A stretch of 64,000 nucleotides of DNA, taken from Thalia democratica. Its lineage: Eukaryota. The position numbers were made by a program, and so were the translations under genes. The stretch is from NCBI GenBank assembly GCA_965202585.1, contig OZ241826.1:99324001-99388000 (forward strand), written 5' to 3'. Of this stretch, positions 12,828-26,870 are shown piece by piece. Positions within the stretch are counted from its first letter, which is position 1, and each line of letters begins with the position of its first letter. The notes below the pieces were generated by a model. It was not told the origin of the DNA. It saw only the letters and a list, made by a program, of their open reading frames with translations, and did not search any database.

Positions 12828-14528
12828 CACAGTGGGCTAGCAAGTGAATATTGACCATTTTAATAACTTGAAAATTTAACTAAGACTTTTATTCAGCTGT
12901 GTGTAGCTTGGGTTCTTCTTTTATAAACTGGGTCTGGTCCTAACCTACTTCAAGTATATTAAAAGATAATTCAGGATAAATGTAGCAAATGTTTGCTTAT
13001 TGAAATTAAAGAATAAATTTAAATCTTAAATTTTGTGTCAAAATTATTGAAATCGCTTACAGAAACTGCCACTAAAAAATTCAATAACTTTTATTCAAAA
13101 ACTTTTTTTTAAGGTATTTTCATTTCCATAGGTTAATTTAACTAAAAAGTCTAAAGGTTTTAAACTTATAAAAAGAAATGTATTTTGTTTCTCATTCAAA
13201 AAACTGATATTCCTTCTAAAAACCAATTGCAGTTTTTAGAGAAATGTAGGGTCATTTAAACATAGTAGGGTTTTTAAACATGATTAGAAATCTATATAAG
13301 AAATTTAAAAAGTCTATCCACAGGTCTATAATTATATTATATGTTTATACAATCAATATTTAATGCCTTTTTAAGTTGTTTTTATGAAAAGTGGTAAAAT
13401 ATTTTTTATTAAATAAGTATTTCAGGTATTTTTCTGTATTTTCTTCAAACAAACTGTTGACGAAAACTATAAAAAAATTTGAGTGGTTTTTACACAGTGA
13501 AAGTAAAAAAAATGGCGAGATTTAACATACAGAGCTTTCTACATACTTAAATCAGAAAAGTAACAAAGCCAATTTTTAAATAAAGAAATCAAAATATATT
13601 TAGCTATACTAAAGAATTAGTTTGATTTTCTATCCTGAAAGTTTTATTTTATAGGCAATGGCAGCTTGAACCTTGTTTTCAGCTAAATGTGATTTAATTT
13701 TTCAATTTTATTATAAATTCAGGCTAGTTTGTTTCCTAAGTGAGATCCGCAAAATATTTTTCTATAAACATGACCAACTTTGAAAATTTTATGTTTTCAA
13801 GATCTAGTTCATAAAAAAAGAGACCAAAGTTGTAAAACTAACTTTATAAAACTTTTTATGTTATATTGGTACTAAAATTTTGTAATTTAGAATATAACAA
13901 GGATTTGAAAGAACTATATATAAAAATAAATGCCATAGGTAGAGGTCTAAAAAACTTTTTCTTAAAGGTATCCTATTTTTACATAACTGATTTTGGAAAC
14001 TCAATTAAAACTTTGAGGTATAAGCTATCAAATATTGAGAGTTATTTAGGCTCTTAAGAAAAGGCACACATAAAAAAGTTAAAATAGATTACTTAACTGA
14101 AGCTTATATTTTCTCTAGTTTGAAATGAACTACTTCAAAAATTATTCCACACTCATCATTATTAAACTAAATACAAGTTAAATAAACTGATTTTAAGGTT
14201 CTCTAAGTTTTTTTTATTGTTGAAATTATCCAAAACAAATTATTTAATTTTTTCAATAACTGGTATTCCACAATTTGTTAGTAACATTGATAAAAATGTT
14301 ATTCTAAATATGAAGTAAAATTTTTTAAATAAAAAAAGTTTTTCTGTAAAATTTTGAGTAAACAAGCTATGACAAATTTACTAATAATATGTTGGTTTCT
14401 TTGACATAACTGGTTTTATCTCAAAAAAATAGTTTTGGTCTATAAAAATTACTTTATAGTATATACTAAAAGAAAAGGTGATTAGAAACAATGTTATTTT
14501 TTATCAAAAAAATTTTGATCCTACTATG
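12828..14528. mobile_element. Possible Transib-like non-autonomous element
   Basis: Left end CACAGTGG. Degenerate right end ttttgatcctactatg. Putative 5-bp TSD matches only 3/5. Confidence 0.3.
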
Positions 14529-16407
14529 CACTTAATACTTATGAAATATGAAAATAGAAAATTAAACTGCTAATATTTAATAATTTGAATAACTTAAAAA
14601 GACTAAAACAAATTTATAGTTTAGTTTTAGTTTTCAAAACAGAACTAAAACAAACTAAAATTAAATAATAAAATGAAGAAAATCTATTTTACCAGGAAAT
14701 AAGTACAAAAAAATAAGTTAAATGATCAAAATACAGTATCTAATTTATATAAATTCAGATAGGACATATTCATTCATATACAAATTAAGTAAGTAGAACA
14801 ATAGTTATGTTCTAATGTTTGTAAAATTTATATAAATACTAGAAAAGGTTGAAAAAAATATAAAAAATATTTAGTAAACAATTTGAATTTACCTTTTACT
14901 TTTTTTTCCAGTCTAAGAAAAAATCAGAAGAAGTCTCCAGAACCTAAGCCTGATCTTTCATTTTTGTAAGACAAGCTTAAATTTAATAAAGGTTTGATTA
15001 TACCAATTCGATCATCAGACAACAAGCTTTTGGTAGAATGAGACATTAGTCTGTTATTATTTAAACTTGTCTTTTTTCAAAGCTTTTTGAAACTTATTAG
15101 CTTTCTTTTATCTGTTTAAAAAAAAAATTAAAAAAAAAAAAGAGTTTTAAAATTTTGTGTACTTAGGTTTATATTTTTAACGAGCAACTTCTAAATACTT
15201 ATTACTTGAATGACTATAAAAAAAAATTCATGTATCATAATTTTTTATTCCAGCATACCTTAAAGTGAAAGAAAACAAAGGCTACCTATCTTATTTACAT
15301 AAAATAATTGAATTTCTTTTAAATAAAGTAATTTTGTTTTTTGATAATTTTTAGTTATGAAATAAGCAATATGTAGCTAACAAGTTACATGCAAGTTTTA
15401 AATGTAACTACTGCCTTATATTGATAATAAAACTTCTGTAAAAAATAAAAATTTTCAAATTGAGATCTACAACCTAAAGTTTTCTCAACTCAGTGTAAAA
15501 ATATTAAGAAAAAAAGATAATGGTGAAGGATGTAAAAAACTTTATTTTAAAATAAAAAAATACTCAAAAATCAAAAACTCTGTTCTTAAAAAAATAAATA
15601 AAAACTTAAATGTTTTACTAAAAACCTTTGTTAACAATTGCTGAAAATAAAGGAAAAAGTAAGATATAGTGAAATATTTTTTTTATCCTTAAAATTCCTT
15701 ACATAAAATACCTGTTGTTGCTTTAGTTTTATTTTTAGCATTTATTTGATTCTGATCAAAATAACAAAAAAAAATACCTTAGAAGAACTCTGATACCACT
15801 CCATGATTTCTGAATGGTTTGACTTGAAATTTAAATTGATATTAAAGCATTTATAAAATAAGTTTATACAGCTTGAGCTTACTTTGTAGACTTTTAAGTA
15901 AACTATAAGTTGTTTTGAATTGCTGTTTGGATTGAATTTTGAAATAAAGTTTATTTAAGTTGGAGATCCCCAAAGTTTTATAATTAGAGGGAAGTACAAA
16001 TGACTAAACAAAAAACAAACTAATTGTTTGTCTCCAATTTGAGTTTTTAGGCAAATACATTAAAGTTTTTAGATAAACTTACTCACACAACAAAAGACAA
16101 TTCTCATAGTTAAACTTATATCAACCTGTATTTAAACTAACAAGTTTCATGCATTTATTTTAAATTAAAAAGTTATTTAATATAAAGTATATAGATAGTG
16201 TGTTAACGACATAGAGGGTCTATCATTTTTTCTATAACAAAAATTAGCATAAGAAATTATATGAAAGCGTTGCTTATATATTACAAAATACTTTTCAGAT
16301 TGAAAAAAAAAATATTAGCTTTGAAATATCAGTACGGTGTAAAAATTTTCTCAAATAGTTCAACACAAGCATAACTAATGTTTTAGGTTGTTTTAAAAAA
16401 TAACAAC

Positions 16408-17404
16408 ATGCAAACTACAAATTATAGTGAATGGACTGTGGATCAGATTAAACACCTTGATATAAATGCTTTGTCTGAAGTTGAAAATCTCAAGTTAAAA
16501 AACAGTAGACCAACACCAGATATTTCAATTACCCAAGAGTGTACATCAAGAGGTTTGAAGTTTATTATATGGCTAAGCTAAAAGTTTAAACTATATGAAA
16601 AAAAAATAATTATATTTTATATATGTGTTTGTTACTTTAAACAGAAAATATATTATTAATAAAAAGTTATTATGTTTACAAAGATTATTGCAGTTTTAAC
16701 TAAAATATTAGCTTTATAACTCAAAGTATTTAGAGCTAAGGTATACTTGAAACATTGTTTCATCCTAATATATTTTTTAGCTGAGATTTTTGCAAAGGAG
16801 AAACTTTTAGAGCTTTTTTATATATTTACTTTTCAGGTATTTATAGTTTTATCAATATGAGTTTTTGTAACAACTATAGCACTCAAATAATGAGAATGAA
16901 GAGTTTTTGTTATTAATAGAGTGTGTAAATTTATTTTAATTTTCTAAATAAAGGTAAAATTTTGTTTTTTTTTATGGTTTTACAGTCATTTTTTTGTCAA
17001 TGTCAGATTTTTATATTAAAAAGGTAAACCTTTTAAGAGAAAGTTCAGCAATGAATATTACAACAAGCATCAGTGGCCTTGTGGATGTAAACAGTCCATA
17101 GCCCATACTGTTTTTCTTGCATTCTGTTTGGAGGTGAAGATACTTGGACAAAAACTGGTTTTAGAAACTTGTCCAAAATTGCTGCAAGATCTTTAACTCA
17201 TGCTAAATCTTCTAAGCATTTGGACAACATTGTGTTTTTCAACTTTCTAGGTAAAAGTTGCATCCAAATTCACCTTAGTAAAAGTTACCAGCATAGAGGT
17301 TACCAGAGAACCATATCCACAATTTTAAAAACTCAGTTGCTAGAATTAGGAACTCAATTATAAGAGATCATGAGTCTGTAAATATCTCTGCTGCTGCAAA
17401 AGAG
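16408..17404 (+). pseudogene. Spliced hAT-transposase-derived (ZMYM1-like, TTF-type zinc finger) pseudogene fragment
   Basis: Exon 16408-16552 plus exon from 17024, joined by a phase-1 GT..AG intron, read ...RPTPDISITQECTSR-GKPFKRKFSNEYYNKHQWPCGC. After a 1-bp frameshift it continues YCFSCILFGGEDTWTKTGFRNLSKI...H.KS.KH..., the W.CGC/YCF.C.LFG/W...G/H...H pattern of TTF zinc fingers. Confidence 0.72.
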
Positions 17405-19569
17405 GTTTGTTTTGTGTTTTTGATTAATTTTTATTGTTTTTAAGTATTAAAGTTTATATGTTACTTTAAAACTTTTAATTTTTATAATTTGCAAGTAGTA
17501 AACTACTAAAATTATTTAACTTTATTTTTAATTCTCGTACCGAATGCTACTTTTGACTAAACTTTATATTTTATTTTTTTCAGATACATTATATGTTTAT
17601 AGTTAGTGTTTTATTAATCAGATGCTAATGCTTATAGGTTTTTTTACAAATTTTAGTTTTGTTAGTCAACAAATTGTGAACTATCACATAGATTTTGCTT
17701 TGTTTGTTAATTTTGTATATTAAAACTAATTCTGACTTAACTTCAATTATGTTTCTAGTAAAAGTTGTTGTTTTTTGACCCAGATATTAATTTTTAAAGG
17801 TTATTTTACAACTTGTTGTAGTTCATTAGTTTGCAAACAAAGACATTTTAATTTTTTGCTTTATTTGATTATTATCTATATTGAAAACTAATTCTGACTA
17901 AGTTTTGCTTTTTAATTTTTTATAAGGTATATTAAAATTATTATATATGTTTGAAAACGTATGTAGAATTTTATTTAATTTTTTTAGTGTGTAAAACTAT
18001 TTTAAGATTAAAGTCATTTTTTTTACTGCTGTAATATTTATAACTTTTTCAAGACCTTTGTGTTGCATTGTAAAAGTTTTAAAAGAAAATTCCTTCTAGT
18101 GTGATTTTTTTTTCAATTATGATGTTATTTTTTGCTAATAAAAAATAAGTAAGTAACTCAAAACAAACAAAGTTACTGTTTAAAGCAATTTGTTTTTAAT
18201 TGCTTTAAAGTTACTTTATTTTTTGAGTTAGTTTTATAATCTACAAAAAGGTTATTAATGATATTTGCTGATCCTTAATTTTATTTTGCTAAACATATTT
18301 TCTTTTTTTTGTGTATTAAAGCATTGACGCTTAAATAGTTAATTGTGTAGTTTTTTAATCATTTTTAAAGTTGTATTGTAAGAAGTTATTGAAACATGTA
18401 AATTAATTAGTTTTTAAATCTGTAAAAGAGACTTATTTTTCTTTTATAATTAAATTATGTTAATACATACAAACTTTTTATCAATGTCTGATATATTGTA
18501 TATTTATTTACTGTATTATGATATTTTTTATTAGCAATATAGTAATCTATTTACTTTATTAAGTACTTTTAAACAATTTTCTTGTATATTTGAATTTAAA
18601 TATAAAAGTATAAAATATATATTTTTAAGTATATCATGTTTTTTTTTTATAAACTCTAAGAATAACAATATAATATAAGAATCATTAAAGCTAATATCTT
18701 AAAGATTTCTAGCTTAAACATTTCCCTATTTCTCTCTAATTCCTTGAGTTTTATTGTAATGTTTCAAATTAGGGGACTTTTTAAGTTGACAAATTAATCT
18801 GCAGCACCCCCTAACATAAATACCACGCGACGACACTGGTGTGTTTACAAAATTTTTCAGTTTAATATTAAAAAATTGAATATTAAATTTATGTAACTAT
18901 AAAAAACTAAATTGAGTAAAATTATTTTAGTTTAAAATTTATCAACTTTTTTTAAATTTAAAAAAATCTATAAAATTTAAATGTATTGTATTTTTCAAGT
19001 ATTAAGTATGTTCTGATAGTTTTATGTCTAATTATAAAACAATATATTAATCTAAATAAGAACATGAATAAAAACTTTTTTTTATCATGTTGTTTTTAAC
19101 AATTCAAAGTTATTTCAGAGGACAAATATGTTTAAGAGCAGTTTGAGAAATATTTAAGCTGTTTTTATATTTGTATATCAGATAAAAAATTTGTGGTATT
19201 TTTGTACAAAATAGTTTTTATTTTTGTCTTATAATCATGTGTTGAAATATTACTATTAACATTACAAATTTACATTTTAATTGATAAATGCTGTACATTT
19301 TTTATCAAAGTTTATAATAAAAAAATTATATTGATTATTTTTTAAGCATTTACAATAAGTTAATATAGAAAATACATACTTAGTTAAATCTACTTTATTT
19401 TTGAAATTTTTGTACTTAATTATTTTTCATGCGTTAGTAAGCAGAAAGTACATGTAAACTTTATTATATTAAAAGTCTTGTAACTGTAGTTATAATTTAA
19501 ATTTTAAATGTTTTTTTTTGTATATTCTTTATATAAAACTTTTATCTTTTGATTTTTTTATATTTTATT

Positions 19570-19848
19570 ATGACAAAATTTTCTAAACATTGCAAGAAAC
19601 ATTTCCTGAAAGTTTGAGGTAGTTATCTCTAAAAACTTAGCAGAAAATAGATTTTTAGTGAAAAATTCTATTTTCACCCTTTTAGTTTGGCCTCCTATAA
19701 GGAACCTTTGTTGCCTCCGACTTTGACCAGCTAGATCTCAAAAATTATTTTGAAATTTTTTAGATGTGTAAAAAAACTTATAGCTAAATAAAAACTATAT
19801 AAAACAAGATCATAATGTGAAAGAATTAAGCACCCACCCCCTATGCTC
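19570..19848. mobile_element. Kolobok-like MITE fragment
   Basis: Matches 41640-41917 (catttcctgaaagtttgaggt...) and ends cccctatgctc/ttac. Left end not located. Confidence 0.6.
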
Positions 19849-19899
19849 TTACATAGCTGTTTTAACTGACTAAAATAAATTTAGACAAAATATTAGAAT

Positions 19900-22800
19900 T
19901 TTTTTTTTAATGGAAGATTAGGTACCACGACATCAAGTCTTTTATAAAGGTTTGTGAAATCAAATTAGTTCTTATTTTGACCCCTATCGTGGGGTCAAGC
20001 TTACCTTATTTTCAAAGAAGTAAGCTTCGTTAAGAATTAGGATTTCTTAAATCTAGCAGTACTAGATCTCATATTTTTTGCATTTAATTTTTAAACATTA
20101 ACCACTTAAATGACATGTTAATAACAAATAACGAAAAAAAACCCTGATCCTGGATGACTAAAACTTTTATAATTAGATAAAACTAAAATACAAATTATTA
20201 TAACAACACTTACCTTTCTGTCATTGAAGTTTAAACTTTACCTACACCCACTACCCGCTATTTCACCTGCCGACCAACCAACCCTTAAGTTCATCATGGA
20301 AAGCAACCCTGCGGTTCGTTTTACATTAGTGTATCTTTAGTTTTAAATTTTTAAATTAATAGCTGAATTTGATTTGTTAGATAGTGTTATCATTACAGAG
20401 TTCCAACTTCCTAATATTTCCCTATAAATCCATAGTACCAATTGAAAAATATGTGAAAATCCATATAAACCTATATAAATTATATTTTTTGCTTGGTTAT
20501 TGGAATTTAAAAGCCAAAGCAGTAGCACCGCAAGCTGAAAATACACATACAAAAGTTGAACTAGGTATGTTAAACTCAAATAAACTACTGTGTTTTTACA
20601 ATAAATTAATCCATAAGTTACTTCCTTCGTAGGTTAGCGATAAATGACCTATTTTGCTGTTGAATCTAAGTAGAAAAAGAAGTGTTTCTGAAGACCTCGT
20701 ATGATAATTTTCGACATTTTTTACACTTCTATAGTAATTTTAAAGTAAGCTGGTAACAAGTTTTTGTTAAACTTAAACATAAACAGACCTATTTCATATA
20801 AATACAGACTTTCATTATCTAATACTTTTTTCTGCATTTTTAATTCTCTTACACTATCATCATATTTTTTATAATGTATACATCTAAGTGATCTGTTTAT
20901 AGGAATATTAATATCATTTATACATGTTTTATTTGCTTTCCCCAGCACTACAAGCCATATCTAACACTGCTCATATACAAAGAATTAAAAATTAAATATG
21001 ATGCTTTTTCTTTTAAGAAGTGTCTGGTTTTATATAATACACCCAATGTTTTTTGTTACTTTGTATTTATAACTTCTATGTGTTCTGTTCTTTCGAAATT
21101 TTTGTCTAAAATTATTCCCAAATATTTAAAGCTTCTGTGTTTGTTATAATTGTTTCACCTATTTTAACATTAAGTTCTGTATTTTTCCAAAAACTATTTT
21201 TTGATTGATGTAGAATCATGCTTCTTGTTTTATTAAGGTTTAGTTTAAATTTGTTTCCCATAAGCCAATCTGAAATCTTTTTTAGTTCTGTGTTAAGTTT
21301 TTACAGTCATTTAGGTATGTGTCTTTTTTGAATATTTTGTATAAAATTGTATCATCTGCAAAGTCGAGGACTTTAAGACTAGTATTATTTGTTAGTCATT
21401 TATGTGTATTAGGAATAACACAGTTCCTAATACTAAGCCTTGTGGTACCCCAACTTCACATTTTTCACAGTTTGACTCATATCTTCCAAAGCTAACGAAT
21501 TGTTTCCTTCCATCTAGATATGAGCTAATTAGTAGATGCATATTTCCTCTCAAACCATAACATTCCAATTTCATTAGTAAGATATTTCTATCTACACTAT
21601 AAAATGCTTTATCTAAGTCTAAAAAGACTGCACAAACAGCTTATTTTTTATCAAAATTGGACAGAGCCCCTTCAACAAATTCAGATAAAGCTAAAGTGGT
21701 GGAATGATTCTGTCGAAAGTCAAACTGAGAATTATCTAGAACTTTATTTAAAAAAAAAAACTGTAAAGGTGATTATAGATTACTTTTTCAATTATTTTTA
21801 TTAAGTTAAATAGATATGAAATGGGTATATAATTTTCTGGTAATGTTTTTAATCCTGATTTTTATAATGATTTTTATAATTGGTATCACTTTTGCAAGAC
21901 TTAGGCTACTTTGATAAGCACCTTCATAAAATGCTTGGTTTATTAATTTGCTTAGTATTGGGGATATAAGATTGTTTTCTTTCTTAATGATCTTTACAGA
22001 TATACTATCCTCACCACTGGCTTTGTTTGGATCTAAACGCTTGATAATACTAAATACTTAAGTCTCTGTAGCATCAAACCAAAAAAAAAACTATTACTAA
22101 CATTTCTGAGATTGTCAGTAAAACCTAGTTGGTTACCTTTTTGAGCTGATGTATACTTACTAATACTAAAAAATGAATGTTAAATTTGTTTACTATGTCT
22201 AATCGTTTTATTTATGATTTTTGATTCACATCTAGTCTATGTGGAAAATTGCTATCTTTTTTCTGTCTATTAGTGATGTTATTTATTACATTCCAAATTT
22301 TTGATGTATTTTTTTATGAATTTTTAAGAATGTTTCCATAGTATGCTTTTTTAGAATTTGTTATTATTTTCGCAATTTTATTTCTGTATTTTTGTATTCT
22401 TTTAAGTTTAATTGGGTTATTAAAATTCTTTTTGAAAAGGTTTTATATAATCTATTTTTTTCTTTTTATGGACTTCAGTATCTCTTGTGTTATCCAGGGT
22501 TTAGATTTTAGTTTTAATTTAGCTTTGGAAATTTTTTAGTTGGAAGGTTTTGGTCAGTAATCTCTTTAATTTTTTTATTAAGTGATTTTGTGTATATAGA
22601 TTTTTTAGATTTAATAATTTTATCTTTATGTTTGTTGTAAAATTGTGTAGCATCACTTAAAAGTTTATTATTGTTAATTCCAAAAAAGTCTTTAATATAT
22701 TTTTTTCTTATTCTTCGAGTTATTTATAATTAAATTGCAATTTTTTAGTTTAATATGAAGTGGAAAGTGGTCTGATATATCTGATAATAATATAAAAGAA

Positions 22801-24470
22801 CTAGTAATTTTTTCAGGACATGAACAATAAAAATGATCAATCAATGTACCTCCCATGCTATTTATCCTAGTGGGTGCTGTAATAAGATTTGTTAAGTCAA
22901 ACCCTTGGGTTTGGTTTAAATAGTTTTCCACTGCGTTAACTTTATCATTTTAAGAGTTTATATTTATGTCTCCAAAAGTACATATGTTATTATAACTAGT
23001 TATGTTTTCTTTAAAAAAATCTGAAATCTTTTTACTAAACCCCTGAATAGATTTTCCAGAATTTCTATAAATTACTCCTACTAAGATGTTTTTACTGATA
23101 TTACTGTTTATTGCTACAGATATTTTTAGCCAAAGTGGTTCATCTTCTCTGCAAGTAAACTTAAGATTTTTTCATATAAACAAGCACACCACCAGATCTT
23201 TTTTCAGACTTGACAAAATATAGGTTATAATTTTCCAATGATATCAAATCTATGTTGCTGTTTGTATTAAGTTTTGTTTCACATATACCTATGATATCTA
23301 GAAAATATTGCATGAGGACATAAGCTCCTAAAATTGAGATTTATTTTTACTAAAAATATACTTTTTATATTGACATGCAGAAATCTTAAACCTTTATTAT
23401 TTAAATCATTATATTTCTGTAATTCAAGGTCTTCAGTAGAAATGTATTGAATACTAAAAACAGTTAGTTCAGTATTTAAGTTAAATTTTCTATCTAGGTG
23501 TTATTCTTTATTAGAAAGTTCAGTGTTGTTAATATTTTAAATGGAAAATTTTTTTTTTTAAAAAGATTATAAATACAACAAAAAAGGTTTTTTAAATCAG
23601 AATAGTTAATTAGGCTAAATGGCATTTCTTAAGAAAACTATAGTTAAAAGTCATGATAAATTGTTTAGGTTCCATAAATTATTTTACTTTAATTGTTATT
23701 GAATTAAATGTTTACACATACAATGTCTTCTTCATAAATTTGCGATTCTTCATTTTTTCTCAGGTGATCAATGACATTTATTGTCCAGAGAACTTTCCAG
23801 TTTTGTTGTTTTTTGAACTGAAGTGCTGTTGTGAATAGTTTATGGTTTCTGTGTGTGAAGTTTTTATTGATGTATTTTCTTTGTAATGTGAAACTTTACA
23901 ATTAAAAATCTTTTTTTAGTTTTAAAGATTTCATTTCTTTTTCTACAAAATTCAAGTTTTACTATAATTGGGGCACTATAGTTTTTTTTTCTTGTTATTT
24001 CTTTTATTTTTCATTTTTTAGACAGACAAAACCTCATTATTTTAAATTTCTGGATCTACTTCTTTTAGTATTTCCAGAGCTACTTCAGCAATTTTCTCAC
24101 CATCTTTCTCTTCTACATTACTTAAAACTATACTGTTAGCCTTTTGATCTCTTTCAATGAAATCAAGGTGTAATATATTCTTCATTGATTTCTCATTGAC
24201 TTGTTTTAAAGCTTTGTTTTCTGTTTCCATTAAAGAAACTTATCGTTTTCTGTTTAAGAATTTTCCAACATATTTTTTTCAAATTTGCTGTTCATGAGCT
24301 CAAGTGACTTTTCAACTTAGTCACACTTCTCCTTCATGCCCATTAAGGAGGTTAATATACCTTTTATTTCCTTCATCTCATCTTTTAATTTATTTTCTTT
24401 ATCTTGCTTACCCTCGCAAGTTTTCATTTTAATTTAGACTGTTTTTCATTTAATATCTCATGTCTTATTC
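19900..24470 (-). mobile_element. Decayed CR1-clade LINE (ORF1 + APE-RT ORF2), copy A
   Basis: ORF1 from ATG 24427 (coiled coil, DQKANSIVLSNVEE). APE motifs PTRI..GGTLIDHFY and SDISDHFP (22692-22931). RT GVPQGLVLG (21392-21574). Many stops and frameshifts. The 3' boundary is uncertain. Confidence 0.93.
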
Positions 24471-24497
24471 AAATAGGATAATAGAATAACTATTCAG

Positions 24498-24609
24498 AAA
24501 TAGTTTTTACCAAAGAAATCTATATAAATATAGAAATGTTTATTACTATTCAAATAGAATAATAATAAACATTTTCATGTTTATATAGTTTTCTTTGGTA
24601 AAACTATTT
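24498..24609. repeat. ~112-bp near-perfect palindrome (fold-back MITE-like)
   Basis: Arms aaatagtttttaccaaagaaatctatataaatatagaaatgtttattactattc and its near reverse complement, with a few-nt loop. Also present at 47709-47820. Confidence 0.85.
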
Positions 24610-24793
24610 TTTTGGTAGCTGTTTTTTTGTTGATTTCTATAGTTTCATACATTTATAAGAGTTTAAATCATTTATTATTTTATAGTACTCACTTCTAAAT
24701 AAATATTTTATTATTATTTGAACCTTTTTCAAGTTTCTGATAGATATTGTTTATGTACGGTAATAAAAGATAGTAATATAGTAAAAAAAATAG

Positions 24794-25432
24794 TTCATGT
24801 GACCCGACCTGTGCTCTGTTCACATCAAGAACGTCAGCTTAGAAACCGTCACCATGGTCACCTAGAAGAAACCGGTTGATGGGCAGCATTCTGAAGACAC
24901 CGGTAACAACAACATTTATGAAAAAAGTCAGTTGACTTTTTTATTTATTTTAAAAATATACAATGTGTAAATACGAAAAATGTACGAACACGAGTTAAAG
25001 ATACTTACCTGAATTAATAAAATACACGTTATTGTTTAAAAATTGCAATCTTTCAAACTAAAAACCTTATAAATGCAGTTAAAAACAGATACTATGTTGT
25101 TTTATTTTAATTTTATATTAAAATGATATATTTTTTATAGGCTAAGTAGAGCAACATATTTATGGTAAAAAATATAATTAATAAAACATAACTTTATTCT
25201 ACTTTTATAACGTCACGCAGGGCAAAACCAGCTGTACTTGAACTGACATCCAACTTTGTGGCGCCACTCAGTGGTTGAACGAGCAATAAAGCACGTTTGT
25301 GGGTCGCAAATTTCGATGGCAAATTTATTGACGAGGAGGAGCGACCTCTTGGACGCATGGGGAAGAAATTGTAAATGTTGAAGTTCATGTGAAACTTCTT
25401 CATGCTAAACAACCGGTCAGTTTAATATTTAA
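24794..25432. promoter_or_regulatory. Two GC-richer conserved islands (24794-24918, 25207-25432), possibly regulatory; the second overlaps a PLE terminal repeat
   Basis: Well conserved in copy B (48993-49117, 49404-49597). CRE-like (t/a)acgtca, E-box catgtg, and a minus-strand donor-like CAG|GTAAGT at 25009. No codon-biased conservation. Confidence 0.3.
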
Positions 25433-25599
25433 TACTAATACAAATTTTGTAAAGTGTTTTTACTTAAATAAAGTATACTCAGAGACTAGTTTAAGTTTAT
25501 TTTAATAAAAACATGAGTAATTTTAAAACAATCTGTCAGTTTCACACGTGTTTTATCATGTTACTAAAATAAATGATTAAAAAATAAAATTATATGAAG

Positions 25600-26870
25600 T
25601 TTAAATTACGTTGTTAATTTATAATAAAAAAGGTTGTTTACTTAACAGTAAAACTCTTGTTATTTTTAGTTTTATTTAAGTATTTCGACAATTATGAAAA
25701 TAATAATCTTAAATTTAAGAAATTATGAAAATAAAGTTAAATAACTTACTTTTCAACAAAATTCAATATTTTTTTTTCAGTGGTATAGTAAATTTATGCA
25801 TTTATTTTTTTTATTTTTCCTTATACATTTCTTGTTGACATTTTCTTAGCTACAAAGCCATCATCTCTATAAACTTCCTCTATTTTCTTAGAGATTATTT
25901 TTAAGTATTTGAATTTTATAAAACCCAACTAGCTCACTTATTTCCACACCATGTTTGTTGCCCACTGTTATATTAAAGAACTCGATGCCATTGTCACTTC
26001 TGATCTGTCCATGTCTTTTCTTTACTAAGATTTATATTGTCACGTTGTGCATTACTAATTTATCTTGATTTTTGACTGTTTTATAATTGTTAGCGAATTC
26101 GAATGTTATTTTCTGATAGCTTCTTAGTTAAAGTGATAGTAAAAACATTTATTATCAAACTTATTTAGTTTAAATTAATTATTAGAGACTTTTCTACCAT
26201 TTTATGACATTATCAGTAATTGTCAAAACGAAGAACTGGTTTGTTTTTCCGGATTTTTTGTTTATTTTGTTAACGTTATTTTGCAATTTTTCCTAATTCT
26301 TAATTTGAATGGTTTGTCAATCTGGTTACTGGCATTTGGAAGAAACTGATTTTGGGATATTGTTGTAATTTTTTTTGTTTTTATTTGGGGCTGGTTAATT
26401 GATTGTTTTCAAGCTATAGTTCTTCTATCATGTGTTTAGCTGCATTGTTTATACCGCTAACAAAAGTATTATTTCTCTTTTTATATATATTTCTAATAAA
26501 ATTTTCTTTTAATTTGGTGTATTCTTTTTTGTAGTTTATAGTAATTTGTAGTTTTATCAGCATATACAAGTTTTCTTTAACGTTTTTTATAACTTTAATA
26601 TTATTTTTAATTCTTTTTTTTTTTTTTAATATCAATTGTTTTTAAGAGTTAAACATATCATTTTAGATTTGTTTGGGTTATTACTTCTTGATTTTGAAGA
26701 AACTTGGCTTTGTTGTTTCGATTTTTCTATAATTACTATCTTCTTGGTTAGTTTGATAAAAAAGCTTTTAGTCTTACTGTTCTGCAGAAATCCTAACTAA
26801 TATGAACTGCTGATTTCTATATGTGTATTTTAGATTATAAACTAAGTTGATATATTCATAGGGTACTATT
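25600..26870 (-). mobile_element. Heavily decayed Penelope-like element (PLE) reverse transcriptase, copy A
   Basis: Ordered PLE motifs across frames: DFCRTVRLKAFY, LVYADKTTNYYKL (26533-26571), INNAAKHMIEEL, ELGKIAK, NVIKW, FEFANNY, FNITVGNKHGVEISELVGFY (25918-25980), VYRDDG (25857-25874). Confidence 0.8.

Noticed and set aside
12828-12870. RAG-type recombination signal (CACAGTG heptamer)
   Set aside because: No nonamer at 12- or 23-bp spacing. At most a Transib-like terminus.
14905-15115. Minus-strand exon-like segment with a strong acceptor
   Set aside because: Two in-frame stops and no recognisable protein similarity.
24790-24840. Hammerhead ribozyme on the minus strand (atgtg...cacat-gaa)
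   Set aside because: The CUGANGA core is missing or mutated in both copies, and stems I and III cannot be formed convincingly.
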